Shown here: positions 7,341-14,124 of the stretch, piece by piece
Layout of the letters: each line of letters starts with the position of its first letter
Position numbering within the stretch: position 1 is the stretch's first letter
Source of the DNA: a virus
DNA: 64,000 bases
Direction: 5' to 3' (one strand)
IMG/VR virus record: IMGVR_UViG_3300012944_000001
Location: 47,915 to 111,914 of that record
Program-made: the position numbers and the translations under genes
Notes under the pieces: model-generated
Databases searched by the model: none
What the model was told of the DNA's origin: nothing
The model's input: the letters and a program-made list of their open reading frames with translations, nothing else

Positions 7341-8960
7341 ATGGGTAAGTTCAATAAGGTTAACAGCACAGGCGTTCAGTCACCTATAAAGACTGTAGGA
7401 AAGATTATTAATCATGATGCTCGTGTAGCTTTTGCGCGGGATACCCAGTCTGAACTGTATTTGTTTGCAGTATCCAACTTTGTTGGTCAGGATACGTTCT
7501 ATGAGAATGCTAAGGCCAGCGATGATCGCTTTGTTATCCTTTCTCAAAAGGCCGCTGTAGCAGATCGTGCCTGGTTTGGCTACTTCGTGAGCTGGCTTCG
7601 TAACGAGGCATTCATGCGTAGTGCTGCTGTTGTGGCGGCTGTTGAGGGTGCCAAGGCATTACACGCGGCTGAGTCGTTTGTAGGGGCTGAGAATGCCTCC
7701 TGGCCCCGTCATATAGTTAGTGCTGCTCAAGCACGAGCTGATGAGCCCGGTGAAGTATTAGGATACTATGAAGCTAAGTACGGTAAGAATTTCCCGGCTT
7801 GGTTAAAGAAGGGTGTTGCGGACGGCGCAAAGCGTCTCTATAATGAGTATTCTCTTCTTAAGTACGATACAGTTTCTCACGGTTATCGTTTTTCTGATGT
7901 AATTCAGCTTACTCACCCTAAGCCTGATAATGAAATACAGGAACAACTATTTAAGTACGCGATGAATAGTCGATACAATAACACAGAGTTTGTTGGCCGA
8001 GAGAATCATCTGCCCATGATAGAGACTCGTAAGGCTATTATGGAAATGCCTGTTCGTAGTCGAAAGGCACTTATAGGTAAGGGCGGAACAGAGGTACAGA
8101 GCCTATTCAAGAATGCAGGAATGACGTGGGAAGCTCTGTCTGGCTGGCTTCAGGGTCCTATGGATGCTGCGGCTTGGGAAGCCGTTATTCCTTCTATGGG
8201 ATACATGGCGCTGCTTCGTAATCTTCGTAATTTCCAGAATGCTGGTATCCGTGCTAAGGTGCTGAAGGAAGTTCTTGGTAAGCTTGCTGATTTCGAGCAG
8301 GTTGCAAAGAGTAAGCAGTTCCCTTTCCGATTCCTTGCTGCTTACCAGGCAAATAAGGATAATCTACAGATCTCTGCCGCGCTAGAGAGTGCTTTGCAGG
8401 CTTCTTTGGCCAATGTCCCTTCCCTTAATGGGAATAGCTTGATTCTAGTTGATCGCTCTGGTAGCATGTTCCAGACTGGTGGAGGTGTCCAAGGACTCGA
8501 TCGTGCAGACACGGCTGCTATTTTCGGTACCGCTCTGGCTATGCAAGCAGAAAAGGCTGATCTTGTGCAGTACGGTTCAGCATGGTATGGTCAGGATAGT
8601 TCTTCCAAGGTAGTATCTTTCCGTAAGGGGAATTCTATTCTGCCGATGCTCAGTAAGTTTGAGAATCTTGGCGGAACAGACACCACTGGAGCTATTAAGC
8701 GACACTTGACACCGAAGCATGACCGAGTTATTCTCATCACTGATGAGCAGTACAACGGCTATGGTGTCGATCCAGGAAGCATTGTTCCTGCTAAGATTCC
8801 GATGTACACTTGGAATCTTGGAGGATATCAAGCGGCTCACAGTGAGTCTGGTTCAAAGAAGCGTCACACCTTTGGCGGATTGACTGATAAGGCATTTGTA
8901 CAGATTCCTATGATTGAGGCTGGGCAGAATGCTGTATGGCCTTGGGAGGCTAAGAAGTGA
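7341..8960 (+). CDS. rsr: Ro60/Rsr-like TROVE-domain RNA-binding protein with C-terminal vWA domain
   Basis: TFYE, R.DEPGE, MTWEALS, MGYMALLRNLRN, SKQFPFRFL motifs; vWA MIDAS LVDRSGSM, GGTD, ITDEQ. Confidence 0.93.
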   Translation: MGKFNKVNSTGVQSPIKTVGKIINHDARVAFARDTQSELYLFAVSNFVGQDTFYENAKASDDRFVILSQKAAVADRAWFGYFVSWLRNEAFMRSAAVVAAVEGAKALHAAESFVGAENASWPRHIVSAAQARADEPGEVLGYYEAKYGKNFPAWLKKGVADGAKRLYNEYSLLKYDTVSHGYRFSDVIQLTHPKPDNEIQEQLFKYAMNSRYNNTEFVGRENHLPMIETRKAIMEMPVRSRKALIGKGGTEVQSLFKNAGMTWEALSGWLQGPMDAAAWEAVIPSMGYMALLRNLRNFQNAGIRAKVLKEVLGKLADFEQVAKSKQFPFRFLAAYQANKDNLQISAALESALQASLANVPSLNGNSLILVDRSGSMFQTGGGVQGLDRADTAAIFGTALAMQAEKADLVQYGSAWYGQDSSSKVVSFRKGNSILPMLSKFENLGGTDTTGAIKRHLTPKHDRVILITDEQYNGYGVDPGSIVPAKIPMYTWNLGGYQAAHSESGSKKRHTFGGLTDKAFVQIPMIEAGQNAVWPWEAKK

Positions 8961-9049
8961 GTAGGTGGTTCTGTATTTTTTGTCGAGAATGGTGGAAGCC
9001 GAGAGAAGCAAAGTGTCCAACATGTAGCCGACCAAAACCGTTGTCTTGA
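8957..9049 (+). CDS. Zn-ribbon microprotein, 30 aa, coupled to Ro60 (not in ORF track)
   Basis: GGAGG RBS inside the end of Ro60; GTGA overlap; WFCIFC...CPTC. Confidence 0.6.
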   Translation: MSRWFCIFCREWWKPREAKCPTCSRPKPLS

Positions 9050-9075
9050 CTTTGACTCATACGATCTGATACAGT
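9046..9075 (+). promoter_or_regulatory. promoter
   Basis: TTGACT-18-TACAGT. Confidence 0.55.
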
Positions 9076-9122
9076 ATTAAGAGCAGTTGGCGGACTGCCC
9101 TCTAGTAAAAAACCGCCACGAT

Positions 9123-9195
9123 GGGCCTATAGCATAATTGGGAATGCACCTCTTTTGCAAGGAGACGAGTGTCGGTTCGAATCCGACTAGGTCCA
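9123..9195 (+). tRNA. tRNA-Ala(TGC)
   Basis: G3:U70 acceptor pair; loop tttgcaa. Confidence 0.85.
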
Positions 9196-9322
9196 CGCGG
9201 AAGTCCGTATTAGCTACCTAAACCGGTTGGGTCGGACCCAGAACGCTAATAACATGGGATAACAGAATATTAAAGAAAGTTAATTCGGCCGAATTATACC
9301 TACTAGTATTTTGCCCATGCAT

Positions 9323-9395
9323 GCTCCGTTAGCTCAGTTGGTAGAGCATTCGCCTCTTAAGCGACAGGTCGTCCGTTCAAGTCGGACACGGAGCA
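9323..9395 (+). tRNA. tRNA-Lys(CTT)
   Basis: cloverleaf; loop ctcttaa. Confidence 0.9.
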
Positions 9396-9437
9396 CTGAG
9401 TTTTAGTAGCGCGGTTTCTCTAAAAAACCGGGACAAT

Positions 9438-9510
9438 GATTCCTTAGCTCAGTTGGTAGAGCAGCGGACTTTTAATCCGAAGCGCGTCGGTTCGAGCCCG
9501 ACAGGAATCA
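9438..9510 (+). tRNA. tRNA-Lys(TTT)
   Basis: cloverleaf; loop cttttaa. Confidence 0.9.
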
Positions 9511-9511
9511 C

Positions 9512-9664
9512 ATGAATATATTGAGAGATCTTTATACAGTTAAAGGTTTATGGTATTACGTGTGTCCACGTCCAAAATGTAAATTCACTACTGTAAGTAA
9601 CTTAACATCTAGAGCTGATGCTATCGGAGCAAGAGCTAATCATGAGAGGGAACACGATAATTAA
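9512..9664 (+). CDS. C2H2-like Zn-finger microprotein, 50 aa (not in ORF track)
   Basis: YVCPRPKC...HEREH; TAATG-coupled to the next gene. Confidence 0.55.
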   Translation: MNILRDLYTVKGLWYYVCPRPKCKFTTVSNLTSRADAIGARANHEREHDN

Positions 9665-10230
9665 TGATCACTCCTCAGCCTGGAGACTTTGGATTAGTCG
9701 CCATTAAAGGCGGTGTAGGTAAACTGATCCGTATTGGTCAATGGTTGAATGGTGATGGTTTCAATGACTATGAACATGCTTTCATCTATATTGGTGAGGG
9801 TAAGATAGTAGAAGCTGAACCAGGCGGAGCACTTCTATCAGATATAAGTGGGTATGATGGTAGATTCATTCTATGGTCTACAGGTCTTATTCCTTTGACT
9901 GATATTCAAAGAAGTTCTATAATAGACATGGCTCTAAAACAAATTGGCACACCTTATAGTTTCTTAGATTATTTTGCTATAGCGCTTTATAGAGTTGGTA
10001 TTCGTCATCCAAAAGTATCTGATAGAGTTATCAGTTCAAAACATTTGATATGCTCTCAGTTAGTTGCCCAAGACTATGCCGATTCGGGAGCACCCGTAAC
10101 AAAGTATCCACCTTACCTGGTGACCCCTGGACGTTTGGCAGACTTTTTGGTAAGCTTCAGACACACAAAACGTCTAGGCAAGATGGTTCAAAAATCTGGA
10201 TCAAATAGCATTAATATTCAAATAGCCTAG
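9664..10230 (+). CDS. permuted papain-like NlpC/P60 amidase (YiiX/YaeF-like)
   Basis: HAFIYIG..IVEA precedes G.PY and ICSQLVA (His before Cys); VTP motif. Confidence 0.8.
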   Translation: MITPQPGDFGLVAIKGGVGKLIRIGQWLNGDGFNDYEHAFIYIGEGKIVEAEPGGALLSDISGYDGRFILWSTGLIPLTDIQRSSIIDMALKQIGTPYSFLDYFAIALYRVGIRHPKVSDRVISSKHLICSQLVAQDYADSGAPVTKYPPYLVTPGRLADFLVSFRHTKRLGKMVQKSGSNSINIQIA

Positions 10231-10235
10231 ATTAT

Positions 10236-10308
10236 GCATCCATAGCTCAACGGATAGAGCACTTGATTACGGATCAAGAGGTTGGGGGTTCGAATCCCTC
10301 TGGATGCA
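10236..10308 (+). tRNA. tRNA-Arg(ACG)
   Basis: cloverleaf; loop ttacgga. Confidence 0.92.
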
Positions 10309-10454
10309 CAGGGACATAGGGTTCATCTATGTGAGGGTTGTCCCTCGGAAAACACGGAGATCATAGAGTGCGTTCCTGCACGTCCAGACCAAGCAGGTCA
10401 GATTGACGGTACCTGAATATTACCGTTATTAAGCATTTAACTGTGGGAGGTACT

Positions 10455-10931
10455 TTGTCTCGTACATTAAAAGATCGTCCTTACTGGGTATTAAAGAATG
10501 ATCCAAAAATGTCTCGTTACGCTACTCACGCGCATATTGTTATGCAGCGGGAGGAGATCGGTGAAGAAGAGTATGACAGATATCCTTGGCGACCTGACGT
10601 AGATCCAGTAACACATATAAGAAAACTTTACAGAAGATGGTACGAGAATATACCTTGTACTCTTGATATACCAGAACAGTCACGTCATGCTAGACAGTAT
10701 GCTCGTTGGCAAGGTAGACATACCAACGAAGAAATGCTTGAAGGCAAATATTGTGAATATTGGCTGAGATACTATCCTAATATGAAGAGCGATAAAGCTT
10801 TCAAGCAGTTGACAAACCAGGCGATACGATCTAGAATAAATCAACAGCTTCGGGCAGCGTGTCATGAAGATCCTGAAGACGTTGACATAAGCACCGACAC
10901 GAAGTACAATAGTCGTGGCTGGTGGGACTGA
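10455..10931 (+). CDS. hypothetical basic protein
   Basis: GGAGG RBS before TTG 10455; in-frame GTG at 10443 is an alternative start. Confidence 0.7.
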   Translation: MSRTLKDRPYWVLKNDPKMSRYATHAHIVMQREEIGEEEYDRYPWRPDVDPVTHIRKLYRRWYENIPCTLDIPEQSRHARQYARWQGRHTNEEMLEGKYCEYWLRYYPNMKSDKAFKQLTNQAIRSRINQQLRAACHEDPEDVDISTDTKYNSRGWWD

Positions 10932-10952
10932 TAAACACAATAGGAGGATGCA

Positions 10953-11111
10953 ATGGGCAAGCCTAAGGCAAATTCAAATGTTTCGATCCCTAAGAATCGT
11001 ACGGGAGTTGTAACTGAAGTCGGAGAGACTAGGTCACACGTTCTAATTGAAGATCCAGAGGACCCTAAGAAGAGTATTACAGTTATCGTTCCTAATAATA
11101 AGATTAAGTAG
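10953..11111 (+). CDS. SH3/KOW-like microprotein, 52 aa (not in ORF track)
   Basis: AGGAGG RBS; RTGVVTEVGETRSHVLIED...ITVIVP beta-barrel pattern. Confidence 0.65.
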   Translation: MGKPKANSNVSIPKNRTGVVTEVGETRSHVLIEDPEDPKKSITVIVPNNKIK

Positions 11112-11143
11112 TGGGATAGAACAAAGTGTGCTATACTTAGTGT

Positions 11144-11461
11144 ATGCCTTATAAAAATAGAGAAGATCAATACGCATCGCAAGCAGCACATCGGCAACGC
11201 AATTTTGAAGCTATGTGGTCGATTCTCCGCAACTCGTCATGTACGGATTGTGGAGAATATGATCCCATAGTGCTAGAGTTCGATCACCTTCCAGGTTACG
11301 AAAAGCGATTTGAAATTGCTAGAGCTGTAGGAAGTTCTACTAGAAGTTGGAAGGCTATAAAAGCAGAAATAGACAAGTGTGAAATCGTATGTGCTAACTG
11401 TCATAGACGTAGAACAAATCAGCGAGGATTGCACAAGCGTCATCTTGCTCCCGTAGACTAA
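11144..11461 (+). CDS. HNH endonuclease
   Basis: CTDCG...LEFDH...EIDKCEIVCANCHRRRT. Confidence 0.85.
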   Translation: MPYKNREDQYASQAAHRQRNFEAMWSILRNSSCTDCGEYDPIVLEFDHLPGYEKRFEIARAVGSSTRSWKAIKAEIDKCEIVCANCHRRRTNQRGLHKRHLAPVD

Positions 11462-11519
11462 TGGACAAGTCACCAGCCTTCTAAGCTGTTAAATGGGGGT
11501 TCGAATCCCTCCGGGAGTA
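11447..11519 (+). tRNA. tRNA-Arg(TCT)
   Basis: cloverleaf; loop cttctaa. Confidence 0.88.
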
Positions 11520-11552
11520 CGTAAGTATAGTTAAACACAATGGGAGGCAATT

Positions 11553-11750
11553 GTGGGATATAAGTTTAGAAAAGGCCAAGAAGTAGATACGGTCGATGGT
11601 AAGGACGGCAGAATTACTTCTCGATCGGATGATTTCGGTAGGCAACCACGATATGTAGTAAATGGCAAGCTATATTTTGAGGAAGAACTTCAGGCACAAA
11701 CTTCGGACGAAAAGCCAGCAAAGAAGAGTCGCTGGGGTAGAAATAAGTAA
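11553..11750 (+). CDS. SH3/KOW-like microprotein
   Basis: KFRKGQEV...G.I....YVV...Y.EEEL. Confidence 0.7.
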   Translation: MGYKFRKGQEVDTVDGKDGRITSRSDDFGRQPRYVVNGKLYFEEELQAQTSDEKPAKKSRWGRNK

Positions 11751-11772
11751 GTTAAAAGCCCTTAGGGGCCAT

Positions 11773-11843
11773 GCCCGCTTAGGTTAATGGAAGACCAGTA
11801 GTTTTACACACTACATGCGGGGGTTCGATTCCCTCAGCGGGTA
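11773..11843 (+). tRNA. tRNA-Val(TAC)
   Basis: cloverleaf; loop tttacac. Confidence 0.88.
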
Positions 11844-11866
11844 CTCGTAACAAGCAGGAGGCAATT

Positions 11867-12070
11867 ATGGCAAAAGTAGGCGACATCGTAAAGATGCAAA
11901 AAGGAACATACAAGGATCGTCTGGGAGTAGTTATTGCTATCCGTAATAATATTCTGTGTGATGTAAAGCTAGCTCGTCCAGGTGAGCGGCGTTCCAGAAT
12001 TAGTCTGGATATGCCTGGAATAGTAGTTACCAATTGTCTTGAAATTGAAGATTTCATCATATCTAAATAG
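11867..12070 (+). CDS. KOW-motif microprotein
   Basis: KVGDIVKMQKGTYKDRLGVVIAI fits the KOW consensus. Confidence 0.75.
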   Translation: MAKVGDIVKMQKGTYKDRLGVVIAIRNNILCDVKLARPGERRSRISLDMPGIVVTNCLEIEDFIISK

Positions 12071-12076
12071 TTTTAT

Positions 12077-12155
12077 GGGTCTGTAAGGTTTCGTCTGAAC
12101 TTAAAGCCGCACGTCGGAAACTTTCAGCACCCCGGTTCGATTCCGGGCAGATCCA
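12077..12155 (+). ncRNA. miniature tmRNA (tRNA-like domain only)
   Basis: gggtctg/cagatcc acceptor with G3:U70 and A discriminator; stemless D loop taaggtttcg; P2 ctgaa/ttcag; 3-nt linker; T arm cccgg-ttcgatt-ccggg. Confidence 0.75.
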
Positions 12156-12159
12156 CTTT

Positions 12160-12236
12160 GCGCATTGATCTAATCCGCATGGTGTGGAGTTGGTCTGCAA
12201 AACCAATGATTTCCGGTTCGATTCCGGTAATGCGCT
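12160..12236 (+). tRNA. tRNA-Cys(GCA), atypical D arm
   Basis: gcgcatt/aatgcgc acceptor; loop ctgcaaa; U discriminator. Confidence 0.8.
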
Positions 12237-12249
12237 CTTGGAGGATAGC

Positions 12250-12402
12250 ATGAAACAAGGAACAATAACTAAGATATATGGAAAATACAAAGCGGAATAT
12301 GTAAAACCTGATCGTAAGTATGGAAGACATTGGGTAACGATTTTAGAAGGCCCTGATATAGGAAGAACTATAACTGTTCCCGCAGATCGTCTTGATAAGT
12401 AA
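12250..12402 (+). CDS. SH3-like microprotein, 50 aa
   Basis: GGAGG RBS before ATG 12250; VTILEGPDIGRTITVP. Confidence 0.65.
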   Translation: MKQGTITKIYGKYKAEYVKPDRKYGRHWVTILEGPDIGRTITVPADRLDK

Positions 12403-12406
12403 ATAT

Positions 12407-12492
12407 GGAGAAGTGGCTGAGTTGGTCTAAGGCATCTGATTGCTAATCAGAAGGGTGTAAAAGCTCCGCAGGTTCGAATCCTGTCTTCTCCG
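12407..12492 (+). tRNA. tRNA-Ser(GCT)
   Basis: cloverleaf with long variable arm; loop ttgctaa. Confidence 0.92.
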
Positions 12493-12621
12493 CTCTGGTA
12501 TCAGTCCTATATCAGGAACCTGAAAGACGACGTGTAGTCCGGATTAGTAAGGTAGCTAAATATACATAAAAGAAGTGCTCGACTACACATACGCTTTTAT
12601 GTATAATTTAGTATGGACATT

Positions 12622-12709
12622 GGAAGTTCCAACCGATAGATGGCGCCGGTCGCAGTCTTGAAAACTGTTGGGTGTAATAGCCGTAGGGGTTCGACCCCCC
12701 TAGCTTCCG
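12622..12709 (+). tRNA. tRNA-Ser(TGA)
   Basis: loop cttgaaa; long variable arm; atypical D arm. Confidence 0.8.
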
Positions 12710-12761
12710 CTGGCTGATAGTATTGACTATTGAATCACTATGTTATAGTGTGGCCTAACTT

Positions 12762-12837
12762 GCTCCAGTGGCCAAGTCTGGTGAAGGCGCCCGTCTTATA
12801 AGCGGGAGATGCGTCGGTTCAAATCCGACCTGGAGTA
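12762..12837 (+). tRNA. tRNA-Ile(TAT)
   Basis: cccgt-cttataa-gcggg anticodon arm. Confidence 0.85.
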
Positions 12838-12894
12838 CAAAGACTGCTATCCGTTAGATTCGGATATAATCCTAGTTGGACACTAGCAGTCCTT

Positions 12895-12968
12895 TCAGGT
12901 ATAGTGAAATCTGGTCATCACAACACTCTGATAAAGTGTAATTCTGGGTTCAAATCCCGGTACCTGGA
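12895..12968 (+). tRNA. tRNA-Ile(GAT)
   Basis: acact-ctgataa-agtgt anticodon arm. Confidence 0.85.
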
Positions 12969-12984
12969 CGTTAAGGAGATAACT

Positions 12985-13065
12985 ATGATTAAATGTTCAA
13001 GATGCAAAGCAAAGAATATAAAAGGTAGTCGTTGGTGTCATAGATGTGGCAAGGAGTTAAGTTAA
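12985..13065 (+). CDS. Zn-ribbon microprotein, 26 aa (not in ORF track)
   Basis: AAGGAG RBS; MIKCSRCKAKNIKGSRWCHRCGKELS; coupled to thioredoxin. Confidence 0.65.
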   Translation: MIKCSRCKAKNIKGSRWCHRCGKELS

Positions 13066-13379
13066 TGTATTCGGTAACTGATGCTACATTTCATGAAGTA
13101 TTACACAACAATAAGTCTGTCATTGTAGATTTTTGGGCACCCTGGTGCGGTCCTTGTCGTCAAGTAGCACCTGTGCTAGACTCTTTATCACAAGAGCATA
13201 CAGATATTACTTTTGTCAAAATGGACATTGATACAAATCATATGACATCTAATAAGTATGAAATATTATCTGTTCCAACAATTGCACTATTTATTAATGG
13301 TGATTTAGTAAAAACAGTAGTTGGAGCAAGACCGAAAGTAGCTCTTGAAAGAGAATTACTTTCTGCCCTATATCAATAG
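13065..13379 (+). CDS. trxA: thioredoxin
   Basis: VDFWAPWCGPC active site. Confidence 0.95.
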   Translation: MYSVTDATFHEVLHNNKSVIVDFWAPWCGPCRQVAPVLDSLSQEHTDITFVKMDIDTNHMTSNKYEILSVPTIALFINGDLVKTVVGARPKVALERELLSALYQ

Positions 13380-13385
13380 GGTTAT

Positions 13386-13458
13386 GGTGTTTGAGGCCAA
13401 ACGGATAGGCGCCTGGTTGTGGTCCAGGTTAAAGCGGGTTCGACTCCCGTCATTCACC
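13386..13458 (+). tRNA. tRNA-His(GTG)
   Basis: G-1; loop ttgtggt; C discriminator; two U:U pairs in the acceptor stem. Confidence 0.85.
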
Positions 13459-13564
13459 CTTAAGGTCCAGAGTAACCATAAAAATCCTCCTCTCTGGTAT
13501 GCAATGGATGCCTCTCACACCTCTATATAACGAGGAAGGTGGAGGATAAGGCTCCTGCGCCAAT

Positions 13565-13645
13565 GGGTGAGTTGAGCAATTGGTTGGCTCAGCGGACTGT
13601 AAATCCGTCTCTTCGGACATGGGGGTTCGAATCCCTCCTTACCCA
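13565..13645 (+). tRNA. tRNA-Tyr(GTA)
   Basis: loop ctgtaaa; variable arm. Confidence 0.9.
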
Positions 13646-13659
13646 CCTTAAGGAAATAA

Positions 13660-13812
13660 ATGGCTAGTATAGTTGATGAATTAATTAATGGTATTGCTCA
13701 TTTTGAATGTTTGGGCTGTAAGACTACTGCTACTAAAAATGTAGGACAAAGTAGAACAGCTTATGATAAAGCCTATAATAAATTCTTAAGTAAGCATTTG
13801 TCTTGTAAGTAG
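13660..13812 (+). CDS. Zn-finger microprotein, 50 aa (not in ORF track)
   Basis: AAGGA RBS; FECLGC...HLSC. Confidence 0.6.
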   Translation: MASIVDELINGIAHFECLGCKTTATKNVGQSRTAYDKAYNKFLSKHLSCK

Positions 13813-13816
13813 TACC

Positions 13817-13848
13817 AAATCCTCTATGTGTCACATAGAGGATTTTTT
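13817..13848 (+). terminator. intrinsic terminator ending the tRNA island
   Basis: aaatcctctatgt/acatagaggattt stem + T tract. Confidence 0.8.
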
Positions 13849-13887
13849 ATTGACGTAGATCGTACCACACACTGAGGAGGAAATATC

Positions 13888-14124
13888 GTGCGTCCATGGA
13901 CTAAAGATGAAAGAGAAGCATATAAAGATTCGACCATGCATTATCACAAGTACGATCTCTATGGATATGTAGATGATCTTATTGAGACTTGGCACACTTC
14001 TATGGGCCTAAATGTTTCTCTTTATAGTTTCCTAGGACTTTACGAAGGAGAAGTGTCAGACTGGGCCGGTAAGAATATCATTCCGGATCGTATTGTAGTT
14101 ATGTGGGAGGAAGGAGAATACTAA
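13888..14124 (+). CDS. hypothetical protein
   Basis: GAGGAGG RBS. Confidence 0.7.
   Translation: MRPWTKDEREAYKDSTMHYHKYDLYGYVDDLIETWHTSMGLNVSLYSFLGLYEGEVSDWAGKNIIPDRIVVMWEEGEY

Noticed and set aside
9080-9118. preQ1-I riboswitch
   Set aside because: Only the pseudoknot and A-tract shape match; the ligand-binding loop consensus is absent and the downstream gene is a tRNA.
9203-9251. Canonical theta/HDV ribozyme call
   Set aside because: Helix order is similar, but P3/L3 and J4/2 consensus are not met and it does not start at the tRNA 3' end. Kept only as a structural curiosity.
12077-12155. Ordinary tRNA (e.g. Leu from the cttaaag segment)
   Set aside because: No D stem and no 7-nt loop on a 5-bp stem; the ends match the tmRNA tRNA-like domain.
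1666-13530. ORF-track entries overlapping tRNAs (e.g. 1666, 2207, 2743, 2861, 4626, 5148, 12063, 12124, 13345)
   Set aside because: Shadow ORFs over tRNA genes with no RBS or protein motifs.
1804-13645. Suppressor tRNA or alternative genetic code
   Set aside because: No CTA/TTA/TCA anticodon was found, and long genes read intact in the standard code using all three stops.
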